DNA of 64,000 nt, taken from the NCBI RefSeq assembly GCF_009914755.1, contig NC_060926.1; one strand, 5' to 3'. The notes beneath the pieces were generated by a model that saw only the letters and a program-made list of their open reading frames with translations, was not told where the DNA came from and ran no database searches. The DNA is from the human T2T-CHM13v2.0 reference genome, Homo sapiens. Position 1 is the stretch's first letter; every line of letters begins with the position of its first letter. The position numbers and the translations under genes were made by a program. Positions 1 through 14,400 of the stretch are shown here, in pieces.

Positions 1-1060
1 GTGTTTGATCATTCATTTATTCACTTAAGATATATATGTGTATTTATTCATTTACTTATTCATTTGTTCTGGAATGGAGTTTTGGCCCTCCAGAGATTTT
101 AAATCCCTTCTTCAGGTCCCTCTTATACCATTCCAGAACTTTGTTTGAGATTGCATGGAAATCTAGCCTCTCAATTAAGACAACAGCTGCTTTGTACAAG
201 AGAATAGATAGGACATCTGCTTTTCGTACTGAAAGGTAATCCTTCTGTCAAAGGGATTTGCAATGTGTTGCAAGGAAATGATATTTATTGAGAATAGCGT
301 TGGATCTGTATCTGTAGGGAGAATAAGTAAATAAAATTATACTAACACTTTGGTTGAGATATGGGGACAAAAAAGAGAGAGGCATATATGGGATTGTTAC
401 CTCATCATGTGTCTGTCTGTTTCTGCATTTGAGGCTTTGCCTAATTTGGATATGACTTTGTTTTGCAATTGAACTGATATGGTACATATCATAATGAGTT
501 CATGGAATGCTAAGGGGCTGCATTGTGAAGCTTTGGACCCCTAGGGAGCCTTTGGTGTCCTGATATAGAAAGGATTTCTATAGGTGAATGGCCTCATGAT
601 ACATTTCTTCCACAAGAAGAGACTGGTGAAACTACAAATTACTTGCTTCACAAGATCAGCATATTTTCAGAAGAACAGAAGATATGCAATGTTGTCAAAG
701 TAAAATGAACTTCTGAGCCAAATTAATTACTGTCTGAAGTGTTGACATGCTTGAAACTTGACATGAATGTACAACTCGATCAGACTTCATTTTGGCTTTT
801 CGAAGAGTTGTATGCAATAGTTTTACTGTTCACTTGAGATACAATAAAACTTGAAACGAGAATGCAGTCAATTAAGCTGCCTGAAAATGAGATGATGACT
901 ATCGTAGAAATATATTGGAAAAGATAGAAGGGAAGAAAGAACATTTCTTCAGTGCGCACTGGATTCTTTCATGAATCAAATCAAGTGCTTACATGCTAGA
1001 ATTAGGACCAGGTTCAATCCAAGTAACAGTCATCTTGAGACACTATGTATACATCAGTAG

Positions 1061-1299
<239 letters not shown>

Positions 1300-3639
1300 T
1301 AAGGGTATGTTGGGAGTGCAATGCTCATACAGGGATGGAATAAGTAGAAATTATCATCCTTGGAGATGTACCACAAGGAATATTGACAAGAAAGATATTT
1401 TTAACTTGCTGAATTAATGACAATCATAGAATAATTTATGCCAGAAAATTCAATATTTTATGGATTAAATACTTAAATATAATTCTCAATTGTTATATCT
1501 TTTCTCTGTCTCTTTGTTTCTCTCTCTCTCTCTCTCCCTGTAAAATATGGATATAACTTTATTATGTGTGATATTAGAAACCAGGCTTGCCACACTAGGG
1601 TATTAGTAAAACCTTATCTTTGTTCTTATTCAGGTTCTCTTGTGTACTCTGAAAACTATATCATCCACCAATATTGACTAGAATTTATAGCCAAGTGAGG
1701 TTGGCAAAGAAAACCACTTAACTCTCCAAGTACTGATTTAAACCCAGCTGACCATACATTGACTTTCCAGCACTTACTATGGCAGTAGGCACTCAATATA
1801 TATTTCCAGAATGAGTTAATCAGCATCTTACCTTTGTCTACATTTATACATCTCAGATTCATCATTTTATTCCTTTGCATTAGAATGGATCTATCAATGA
1901 CAAAGCATTTCTGTCACCATTGCCTAGATGTGTCCAACATTCAGGCCTCAAATTACAGAAGTTTTACCACCCCAAATTGTATTTCTGAATGTTTTTAGTG
2001 CCCTGTCTAGGTATTTCCAGTCCTTTCTTGCTGTGTCAGATTCTGGGCAACATAGAACATGTCTGCTATTTTGCTTTCCTCGAATGTGATAATGATGTAC
2101 AAAAAGCCTGCAGTTTATGAACACCTGTAAAAGGCTGATGCAGTTGCAGAGGAAAAATATTGGTTGTTGTCATTTCCTAGACTAAGTGTTCACTGGACAA
2201 TTTCTCTGTTTCCCTCTATTAAGTGATCCCTCTGCTGCTGCAGCTGGTGTTAAAATCTATTCCTTTGCAAACAAATGCTGCTTTCCCATGGTATTGTTGT
2301 TTATCTAATTTGGTCTGCTTTACATGTTGATTATAGCAAAAAAACCTCAATGTCAAAAGATCCTGGGAATAAGAAACAGAGCTTGTGACATGCTTCTTTT
2401 CTTTCTACAGTATCTATCCTTTTGCTGGCACCTCCTGTTCATTTTGGGAAAGACTTTTTTTCACCTGCTGAATTATATTCTTCTGTGACTATTCTCTTTA
2501 TTGCAGTTGCTTGTTTTCAATTCACCACAAATGGGAAGTCATCATGCTGATAGGTGGGTATTACTTTGCTCAAGAAGAGGGTTACTGTGTGAGGAGGATA
2601 GAGCAAAGAGAATGCAGCACTAAGAAGGAAAAACGTTTTCTATGTATGTTTACGTATGTTTTCATTTTCCTCTGCAGATTACTTTCAAAGCCTTTGAGCT
2701 CACATTATGACCTTTTGTTTAGACATGGTTTTGTGGTTCTGCATTGATCGAGCCACTGCTGCATTTGGTTGACTTTTCTTCCAGCTGAGAAGCAGGTAAG
2801 GCACAGCAGTACAATAGAACAGAATTGGAATTAGGCAGCATGCAAATTGTATAAGTCAGGCCCATGGCCAGACAATAGCCCTTCACTCTGGCTGTAGTTG
2901 ATAACCTAGTGAAGGAAAGCTGTCCCTTGATTGGATGAAGCCTGCTATTGCACATGCACAAAAGACCAAAATTAAAAAGAATTGACTGTGAAACAAAAGG
3001 AGGATTTCTGAAAATAACCAGAGAAAAGCACATTTTCTTCAACACCTTTTGCAAAGGAGAGAGCCAGTCTAAGAAGAGCTTGCATAGTCATTGGAATGTA
3101 TATTTGACAGTAGGCTTGTTCTTTGACCAAGGGTAAACTAATGGGGTGAACTTTGGTCAAACAATGGAAATAATGGTCCATAAGGAAAACAAAACACTGT
3201 TCTATATGAGGAAGGAGCTTGATTTGGTTAGCAACCTAAAGAACTGAAATATCATGAGAAGTTCCACAGAGTCACATTTTTTAAAGGGTATTTTAAATTT
3301 CCCATGGTAAAGCCTTTTTGCTTGGGTTTGATTTATGTTTGCCCTTGGAGCTTAGCTATTAACTGCAAGGTTCCTTAACACAGGTCTCAATTTGTGGGGA
3401 AAAAAAAATTTCCAATTGATGACTGGCAGAGTAGAAAGAAAAGCTAAGAGCCAGGAATAAATAATACTAAGATAACTCATAAGATCAAATCGATTCAACT
3501 AAAAATTTTTAAAAAATTAGTATGCTTTAAATATTTGACATTATGATAAATACCTCACATATATTATGATATGTGGTCCTTACAGTATAATCATTTGTAG
3601 CTATTTTGATTCTTATTTTAAATATTATGAATCTCATTA

Positions 3640-3757
3640 GGGCTATTTTAAGGTTCAGTTCAATAATTTACATAAGGTTTCACAGCTAGTAAGTGGCAGA
3701 GATAGATTGAACACAGCCCATGGTCCAAATTCCATATTCTTGACCACTGCACTATAT
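3640..3757 (-). mobile_element. MIR fragment
   Basis: AAGGTTTCACAGCTAGTAAGTGGCAGAG...CTTGACCACTGCACTA resembles the antisense MIR core. Confidence 0.7.
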
Positions 3758-5292
3758 TTCCCCAGATGAAGTCTTTGAAACTCGGTCCTTGGAAGCAGTC
3801 TGAAGAAATATGATGGCAATATGATGGCAAAATAAATTAGAGAAATACTGTGAGATACAACAAGTTCTCCTATCCCTTGGTGATCCACCACATTAGGTGA
3901 TTGACAAACGTGCCATACATTTATCAATTAAAGCATGGTAAATTCTAAAGTTACAAAGTTTATTATATACTTTTAAGAAATCTAAAATTTTCTCAGGATA
4001 ATTGATGATAAGATTCTTCCTTTCTCTATTACACCAAGCTTCAGCACACTCATTTTGCTATACTTTGGAGAACGATTCCCCATTTTAACAATGATGTTTC
4101 AAGCACCTGTAAAATCAAAGACACTGTGCTAGGCTTTGTTTATAAATTTAGTCTCTGCCCTTAAAGAGCATATGATCAAGTGAGGGGTTCAGGGTACGGA
4201 ACACAGTGCACTAAAATCCATAATGACGACTGTAATTGGATAGAGAGAGGCTAACAGCTATGGGAGAAATAATAAAGGGGCAGTTCAGTGATTTTGAAGA
4301 ACTGTTATCAACTGTTGATAGTGGGTGGCAAATAATTTGCAGAAAGACTGTCATTCCAGTATCCACAGCATAGGTATATGTTAATTGCCAATGACTTCAG
4401 TATCTTCTAATAAGGATAAAAATTTTAAATTTTGTTCAATCAAATGGGTTACAACCAGTAATGGAGCATGATGACTATATGGTGTTCAATCAGAGATTAA
4501 TGTTAGGAAGATGATTGCTACCATTAATATGTTGGATCCATTCATAATATGTATGTTGACTATGCCAATGATTTTCTTATAGGATTAATAAAGAAGCTAA
4601 TTCACAGGCCAGACATTATTATCTTTACATAGGAAATAATAATTATGAACAATTTTATTCCACCAACAAACAGGAATCCTTGCATTCTACTTAATAATGC
4701 ATTTAATGTGTTTACCTATGTTGATCTAAAGGAGTACATAAAGGTATACATGCTTAAATTATACTACATAATGTAATGATTATAAAACCATATCGGAAAT
4801 TAGTCTCTCTTATTAAAATTAAAAATATGTTTTAAATAGATAACTCTCAAGAATTTGTGATTGAGGTCAAATAACAGATTAAGAATTAAAAACCAACATC
4901 CTAAATAAAAGAACTAAATCAGATATTATGAAAGGCGTGACTCCAAAAATAAAACTTAGATGCAATGGAAGAAAGAATTGCATAAGTCAGATGATATGCA
5001 ACAGAACGTTCATTATACCTTAAACGTTCATGTACTAAGGGTCTGTTTTGGCAAAATCTGAGAATAATTAGTCAAGATAAGCCTTAGAATTTTGCAGTGT
5101 ATTCAATGAACAAAAATTTTGTTTTGCAAGAACTGATAGGAGGAGGGAAGGTAGTTCCTCAGCAGTTAAAAGTAAATTGGACAGAAAAACACAACAGATG
5201 TCTAATTCTGGCACCAATTTGCAGTGCTTCCATTTTTGTGACCATTGGGTATAAGGCAATATACTGTCACAATCATGAATTCAGCTGGTTGA

Positions 5293-5658
<366 letters not shown>

Positions 5659-6516
5659 AGTAGAGTGTTTTTTGAGGGAAAGCTGAGAAGTCAAACTGAG
5701 TCTCAAGGCATCATTTGAAACAACAAAGATGTATACAGCATTAGCCTCAGTCTGTGACCAAGTTTTAGTCCTGTGGAGAGTTCCCTTCAGATCATTTCCC
5801 CAGAGACCAGGGCCAGCTTGTTACTTTATATCCTCTGAAACAGTTGCATTGAAGCAAGGTTTTATTTCACATTGATGTAATTCTTTTCTTAGTGAAATTT
5901 AGCAGCTAGAGAAACTAACACATTTTCTGGTAGGCAGTAATGATTACAAGCCTGTTACATCTGCTTTCTTATCACAAAACTTGCAATTCTAGAAGCAACT
6001 GGATACTCGCTCTTCTTTATCTCTGGAGGTAAGATAATCACAAGTTGAGTACTTAGGAGTTTTGAATACACATGCTTCCTTCTAATGAATTTTGCATCTT
6101 CCTCTGATCTCTGTGATACAGAAATTGTGATGTGTTTTGTTCATAATCTAGAGCTTACCAAAGTAGTTTAAAATAAACTTGAAGATAAATTAAGATATTC
6201 AAGGCTGCTTCAGCAGTTGAAGTGTATTTACAGATCTGTTAATTAACTGAGGGTACTTCCAACTTTGGACTTCACATGCAAAACGTCTCTCAGTCCTCTG
6301 TATGCCTTTGGAATGTTCACTTTTTGATATCTGTCTTTTTAATTTTATAAGAATTTACTTCATTAATTTGTATGCGTAAGTCCCCATGTGAATGGAAAGT
6401 AGAGTTAAAGATCAGGAAGTGGGTTTCTTGTTTCAATTGTTGCCTTTATTTCCGTCTGTTTTAGTGACTGGATTTAGAATTGTCATGAACAGCACACAGC
6501 TTTCTCATCTAGCCCC

Positions 6517-6518
<2 letters not shown>

Positions 6519-6554
<36 letters not shown>
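6519..6554. repeat. (TA)n microsatellite
   Basis: Perfect TA run. Confidence 0.95.
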
Positions 6555-6557
<3 letters not shown>

Positions 6558-7215
6558 TCCTAACCCTTTTGCAAATTTAATTGAAGAAATAAAAGAGGAA
6601 AAATATCTGTCATATCGCTCACTGTAGCTAAGGGACTTTCCCAGAACCTTAATTTCTCTTAAGTGGACTATGTCTTCAAGATTTCTTTCCATCAGCATAA
6701 GAAATAAGAACACTGTAGTACAACACCTTTTTTTTTTGTAAGGAACTAGAGAAGATCCCAATACTCATAGAGGACTGTCTAGCCTCTTTTTCATGCTTTA
6801 ATAATAATAATAATAAAAAGGTGGAGGTTTTATGAGAAAAAAATTAGAACAGGACTCCGAAGTTAAACATCAAGTACCCAGTACAGGCCTACATGTAATT
6901 GGCAGTTTGAAAATTGCAGTTTATACAGACAAAATGAACATACAATTGGGAATATATACTGAGCCATTTCTTTGCATTAAATTTTAAGAATTTTGTCTTT
7001 TTTGATATGGGCATTATCAGGATGCCTTTTTATCACTTCTTTCTAGTGGACATATTTGTTGTAGGTCTGTAAATGACCTTCCCTTGCCTCTGGCTACAAA
7101 TTCTAGATGTGGGGGATCCCAACTAATGTTTATCTTTAGGTGTCAGTGTTTCTTTAACTGTCAATAGACATCACAATAGCTTTTATTTCATTCTGTTATA
7201 TGCTATGCTTTATAA

Positions 7216-7620
<405 letters not shown>

Positions 7621-8464
7621 TGGAGCCTTTTTGTTTTGTTTTTTTTTTTTTTTGGCCTGATTGCAGGGTGCAGTTTAACATTCTTCTCACAAGTTTTTCA
7701 AAGTTTGCCTGATGGCCAGCTTTGTGACAATGTCTGTCTCAGTGACATCACTTTGCAATTAACATTAGTTCTTACAGTTCTGATAATGGCTCCGAGATTT
7801 ATCCGGAGTGAAATGAAGGAATGACTATTTTCTTTGAAAACTAGTTTGTGAATCCAACAGAGCTCTTCTCAATGAATGTCCTTGATGTGGTTTCAGACCA
7901 TGATTTTAAATTTGTCTGTCTCAAAGGGGCTGTATTGTGAAGGTTGCAAGCCACTGTTCACATACTATGTTTATTGTAGTGCTACAACAAGTAGTTTTCT
8001 TAATATTGCTGTTCACCTCATCTTTGTTGTTATTGTTCATGCACCTGGAGGCTACTTGGCAATGGGTGTACACATAGAAAATAAGAAACCAGCAAATTTC
8101 ATTGCATAATAATAATCTAGGAAAGGCAAGCACTGTGACAGAAATTATTCTCATCATATTACTCTGCTTTCTATGAAATACACATGCTCACATTCACAAA
8201 TTGGGTTGCCTCAAGCTTTGAGGATAAGCATTGCCCTGTTCTGTCTCCAAGGAGAAACACAGTAAAAACCTGAGATAGTGCATGCATTATGCATGCTCAA
8301 TTCACTCAGCTGCAATTTGGGGGAAATTATAATTGTATTCCAGTCATAGAGCATATTAACTCACTTTTACAAATTATTATATTTGCTGTGTTTCTGTGTG
8401 TGTGTGTGTATACACATACAGGCATGCATGTGTATGTGCAGTATTGGAAAATGAAAGAAATCAC

Positions 8465-11045
8465 TTTTTTCTTTTTTTATTAACAAGTATCAATTGTATA
8501 TACTTATGGTGGACAACATATTTTGATATATGTATCAGTTGTGGAATGGCCAAATTAAACTAATTAGCATGTGCATTTCCTCACATAGTTTTTTTTTTTT
8601 TTTTTTTTGTGGTGAAAGCTCTTAAAATCGACTCTCTTAGCAATGTTTAAGTGTACAATATATTGTTATTAAATGCAGTTACCATAACATATATTAGATC
8701 TCTTGACCTTATACCTCTTGTCTAGCTGAAATTTTGTATCCTTTGACAACCTCTCCCATCCTCCCACCCCCAGCCTCTGGTAAACACCATTCTACCCTCT
8801 GCTTCTCTGAGTTCAACATTTTTAGATTCCACCTATAAGTGAGATCATGAAGTGTTTGTCTTTTTGCTTCTGTCTTATTTTACTTATCATAATGTCCTCC
8901 CGATTCATACATGTTGCAAATGACAGGATTCTCCCCTTTCTAAAGGCGGAATTGTATTTCATTGTGTATTTATACCACATTTTCTTTACCCGTTCATAGT
9001 TGATGGCTAATATAATTGGAATATTGCATCCTCCAAATCATAGGTCGAAATTTGCTTTCCAATGTTGGAGGGGGGCCAGGTGAAAAGTGTTTTGGTCATG
9101 GGGGTGAACCCCTCATGAATGGCTTGGTGCCGTTCTAGAGGTAATGAGTGACTTCTTGCTCTATAATTTCCCTTGAAAGCTGGTTGTTAAAAAGAACCTG
9201 CTACGTCCTCCTCTTTCTTGCTTCCTCTCTCTCCATGTGACATGCCTCTTCTAACATAATTGGAAGCTTCTGGGTTATGTACCAGAAGCAGATGATGGTC
9301 CCACGCTTCTTATACAGGCTGCAGAACTGTGAGCCAAATAATTTTTTTAAATAAATTACTCAGGTTCAGGTACTGCTTTATAGCAGCATGAATGGACTAA
9401 GATAATGGACTGAGATTGATTCTCAGCTATTGTGATAGTGCCACAATAGACATAAGAGTGCAGATGTCTCTTTGACATACTGATTTCATGTCTTTTGGAC
9501 TTATACCCAGAAGGAGGATTTCTGGATCCTGTGGAAGTTCTATTTTTAATTTTTTGAGGAACCTCCATACTGTTTTCCAAAACTGTTGTACTAATTTACA
9601 TGACTACCAGCAGTGTACAAGAGTTCCCTTTTCTCCACATCTTTGCCAACACTTATCTTCGTTTTTTTGATAGCAGGCATTGTAGCAAGTGTGAGGTGAT
9701 ATCTTGTGATTTTAATTTGTATTTCCCTGATGATTAGTGATGTTAAACATTTTTAACATACCTGTTTGCCATGTGTATGTCTTCTTTTGAGAAATGACTA
9801 CTCAGGTCCTTTGTCCATTTTTAAATTGGATTATTATTACTTTCTTACTATTGAGGTGTGGTTCCTTATATATTTTGGATATTAATCCTTTGTCAGATGT
9901 ATGTTTTTCAAGTACATTTATCCATTCTGTAGGTTGTCTTTTATCTCTGTTTGTTGTTTCCTTTGCTGTGCAGAAGCCTTTTGCTTTAATGCAATCCCAT
10001 TTGTCTATTTTTGCTTTCGTTGTCTGCACTTTTGTGGTCATACCCCCCAAAAAATCATTGTCCACACCAATGTCATAGAGTGTTTCTCCTATGTTTTCTT
10101 TTAATATTTTATAGTTTACAGTTTTACAATTAAGTCTTCAATCCATTTTTTGTTGATTTTTGCATATGGCATGAGATGCGTGTCTAATTTCTTCCTTCTA
10201 CATGAGGATATCCAGCTATCCCAACATCATTTACTGAAGAGACTGTCATTTTCCCATTGTGTAGTCTTGGTACTTTTGTCAAAAATCAATTGATGGTAAA
10301 TGCATAGGTTCATTCTTGGGATCTCTATTCCATTCATTGGTCTATGCATGTATTTTTATGCTAGTACCATGCTATTTTGATTACAATTGTTTTATAATAT
10401 GTTTTGAAATTAGGAAGTGTGATGCCTCCAGCTTTCATCTTTTTGCTCAAGATTACTTTGGCTATTTGGGGAATTTTGTGGTTTCATACAAAAAAATTGT
10501 TTTTTTCCCCTATTTCTGTGAAAAGTGTCAGAAATTTGGTAGGGATTGCATTGAATCTGTATAGCATTTTGGGTAGTATTGACATTTTTACAATATTAAT
10601 TCTTCCAATCTATGGACAATCTAGATATCTTTTCATCCATTTGTGTCTTCCTCAGTTTCTTTCATCTATGTTTTATAGTGTTAAGTGTACAGATCTCTTA
10701 CACTATTGGTTAAATTTATTCCATTTGATGGTATCTATTGTAGATGAGATTATTTTATTGATTTCATTTTTGGAAAGTTTTCTCTTAGTATGTAGAAGTG
10801 CTACTTTTTTTGTGTGTTGATTTTGTGTACTGCAATTTAACTGAATTTATTAGTTCTAAAAGTTTTTTGGTGGGGTCTTTAAAATTATGTCATCTGCAAA
10901 CAGACAGTTTAACTTCTTTCTTTCTTATTCAGATGACTTCTACTTATTTCTTTTTCCTAATTGCTCTGGTTGGGACTTCGAGAAATATATTAACTAGAAG
11001 TGATGAGAGTGGGCATCCTTGTCTTGTTCTTGATCTTGGAGGCAG
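8465..11045 (-). mobile_element. L1MA-type LINE-1 (L1MA7/8-like), 5'-truncated, interrupted by an MST LTR
   Basis: L1MA 3' UTR at about 8465-8950. ORF2 C-terminal remnant in ORF 9802..10065 (KAKIDKWDCIK..FCTAKET..KRQPTEW..SDKGLISKIYKE). Confidence 0.9.
9008..9404 (+). mobile_element. MST (MSTB-like) MaLR solo LTR nested in the L1
   Basis: MST motifs (CCCTCATGAATGGCTTGGTGCC, GCAGAACTGTGAGCCAAATA, GGACTAAGATA end). 5-bp TSD ATGGC/ATGGA; the L1 sequence resumes across it. Confidence 0.85.
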
Positions 11046-11589
11046 ATCTGAAGTTTCCCTGGATCCCCTTAGAAAAGTTGCTGAAAGAAACTAACAAATA
11101 CCTAATCCTCCTACTTTGTTTTCTTCCCAAGTTGGATGGCCAACTAAACACATTGCTTCTTTTATTCTATCATTCTGTTCATTGATTAATACTCTCTGTC
11201 CCAATGTTCAAATTCTGTGATTTAGTGGACAGGCAATGGGTTTTGGCATTATACTGACCTGGATGAGAATATGACACTAATGTGTGTCACAATTATCTTA
11301 AGACATGCTAGAGGTAAGCTAAGTATCCAGTTTTGTAGTCCAGCAGGTTGAATGCAAAGATTGCAACATAATCAACAACAGGATACAAAGTGTTCATAAA
11401 GAAGAACCAGACAAAGCAGGTTGTTGGAAGGAGAGTTTATTGTTCTTTTTGCTTACTTTTTCTAATTGTATGAATTGAACTTAATTTCTACCATTAATAC
11501 GCATAAAATAAACATGGTATAACGCATGGAACAATGCTCCTAAGAACATGTACAACATAAAAAATAATAAATTTGTAGGGCTGTTTCTT

Positions 11590-11900
11590 TTAATTCATTT
11601 ATTATCCATAAGTATTTAATGCGTAACTAATACATGCCAGACACAGTGTTTAGGACTGGGAATATGATGTTGGTTAAGTCAAGGTCCTAATTTCAGAGAA
11701 TACAGAGTATAATCAAGGTGATAAACTACAACAGATCATGTCACTAAAGTGACTTAGGTGTAAGGATACAAATAACTATAGGGTTTAATGGGTCCTGGGA
11801 AATAAGGAAACAGAAAGAATGGTAGACTGTGATTTAATGGTATGCTACGGAAAGATTTCTGAAGACTGTGGTTTAGCCTTAAGAAATGTATAGGAAACAT
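11590..11900 (-). mobile_element. L2 3' fragment
   Basis: ATTCATTTATT...AGTATTTA...ATGCCAGACACAGTGTTTAGGACTGGG is a typical antisense L2 tail. Confidence 0.6.
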
Positions 11901-12751
11901 TCAGTAATAGCAATAATAAAATTTGGTGGAACATATGGAATTTCATATAATTAAGGCAATACTCTGTGAATGTTATTCTACATAACTATTTTTAATACAA
12001 TTTTGGCATCAAAGAGTTTAATATTTTAAACTTAAAGTAAAAATATTTGTTTTACCCACACAGTTTTTTTTTTTTTGCATCAATAGTGAGTAGGCAGATA
12101 ATTCTGTCATGTCTATCAACAAGTTAGAAAATAGGCTATGTAAAAATCTACTTATTCAATAATTTATTTATTCATTATTTAGATATTTGTTGAGCACCAG
12201 TAGGTGCTGTGTCTAATTTCTGTTGGCAGACATAAAATCAAATGCATAAGTTAAAAATATAAATAAGATAAAAGATGTTATTCTTGCAATAATTAAATAC
12301 AAAATCTGGATTATAATCAGTAAAATTTTGGCTGTACTTTGTATTGATCAAATTGATAAATTGTCATTTAGTAAGGGAAAAATGAAAAAATAGAGCATAT
12401 TCAAACTTATGCAATCAGAGTGATTACAAGGGAGAAAAACACATTCCTTTAATGGTTGACTCCAGACTCAAGTGATTGAAAAATAAGTCTTTTGAATGGT
12501 CAGCCATTCAAATTATTTTCTTACATGCCTGACTCACTTGCTTAGATTTGGCACAAATTCAACCAAATTAAAAATAAGTGTATTCATTAATGCATGTTTT
12601 TCCCAAAAGGAAAAACTCAGGGAAAAAAACCCTATTTTATTTATATGATTGTGAAATTAACATGATCTTGTCTGCAAAAGAGAAAAAGATGTTGATTTAT
12701 TATTTCCTCTCCTAGTGTCAATTTTATATTTTTGGTTTGCTCATTTGTTAT

Positions 12752-13050
12752 TTTATTTTTAATTTTTATCTCTAAATAGTAGGTATATATACTTATGGAA
12801 TACATGTGATGTTTTGATGCAGGCATACAAAGTATAATAGTGATATCAGGGTAAATGGGGTATCCATCACCTCAAGCATTTATATTTCTTTGTGATAGAA
12901 ACATTCCAATTCTATTCTTTTATTATTTTAAAATGTACAATAAATTATTGCTAACTATATTCCACCCTATTGTGCCATCAAATACTAGATCATATTCATT
13001 CTATCTAACTATATTTTTGCATCCATTAACCATTTCCACAACCCACCCCA
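12752..13050 (-). mobile_element. L1MA 3' end (L1MA2/3-like)
   Basis: GGGTAAATGGGGTATCCATCACCTCAAGCATTTA...AAATGTACAATAAATTATTG matches the L1MA 3' UTR. Confidence 0.85.
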
Positions 13051-13399
13051 CTGGTGTTAGCTACTTCAGATAGTACTTTTTCTTAAAAAAAAAAAATGAT
13101 TTGGCTCCTGATTGGAAAAGAGGTATCTGTGGCTAATTGCTCCTTGAGATAAATGGTGGAGAGGATACCTGAGTTTTACTAACAATGCCAGTGACAATCA
13201 ATGTTAAATCCAAAGGCAATTTCTGAGCCCTCATCTTATTCTAATTGTCAGTGTCACATTTGTGACTGCCACAATTTTTTTTACACAACACTCCGAGTTT
13301 ACTTCCTCCTCTATCTCTATTTTTTGTTTGTTTGCTTGCTTTTTTTTTTGTTTTTATTTTCTTCATCCTGGACTCTAGATGCAGAAGCACCAAGAAGTT

Positions 13400-14400
13400 T
13401 GATCTTTTTCTGTCTTTTCTCTCTAGACTTACTCTTTTAACTGAATTCATATAGTCCCATAGCTTTAAATATGACCTCTACCTGATCATTTCCATTTTTT
13501 TCTTCCATCTGGACCTCTTTAATAAAATCCAGTCATCTCTATTGTGATGCCTAAAAGAGTCAGATTTAACAAGTTCAAAAATAAACTTTTAATTCAAAAT
13601 GTACTTAACCTACTCTTTCCCTGGTTGAATAGGTCACTATGCGGATCTACATTCTATCATTTGATGGCAGTAGAAACCAAGGCTACTGTCTGTCTCTCTC
13701 ACTTATGAACATGTCATCAATTATGCCTTTAAATGATACATAAATGTGACCACTTCTCATCACTTTCAACCAGTTTCAGTTTTCACCTGGCTATTTGCAG
13801 TAGTGCCTCAAATAGTTTCCCCAAATCCTCTCTTGCCTGCTATTTTCTTTCCTGCCTACATCAGCCAGAGTGATGATAATGCAACAGATATGCGGTCATA
13901 TCACTTTCTTCTCAAACCTTCAACTCGCTGTGGTCTTGGTCCTGTATGTTTCAGTTCCAGCTGGTTTTCTGACTACCTCTCTGATCACTTGATAACTTCA
14001 TCACTCTAATTCAACCACACCATCCTCCTCCTCTTCCCTTAAACACACTCACCTTAGGCCCCTTGAGTGCTAAATGCTCTGGCTAATAAGCTCTTCCCTA
14101 TGTTTACTCATTGTCTCTTCCTCACTTTCTGTAGATATCTGTATAAATATTCCCTTAACAAAGAAATCTTTGCTGACCACCCCATACAAAATAGCATTCC
14201 TCACTCTTACTTTCTATCCAGTTATTACCACGTGGTTCATTTTATAAATGTATTTATTTCTGTCTCCCACCGCTAGAAGGTAACCTCCATGAGAGTGAGG
14301 ACTTTGATTTTATTTACTGTTGTGGCTCAAGCACCTTAACTAGTGCACTAAAAAAAAGTGGGCACTAAAAACAACACATAACTTATTTTCTGAATCTATG
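13400..14400 (+). mobile_element. L2 3' region
   Basis: Pyrimidine-rich L2 body ending CTAGAAGGTAACCTCCATGAGAGTGAGGACTTTG...GCACCTTAACTAGTGC. Confidence 0.7.

Noticed and set aside
600-960. Unique sequence with AATAAA at about 843 resembling a 3' UTR
   Set aside because: No upstream exon or poly(A) remnant; AATAAA is common in AT-rich DNA.
3808-3829. 11-bp tandem duplication AATATGATGGC x2 (similar small duplications near 23410 and 54803)
   Set aside because: Ordinary slippage duplications with no further structure.
10316-11094. + strand hydrophobic ORFs up to 138 aa
   Set aside because: Antisense reading of T-rich L1 ORF2 sequence.
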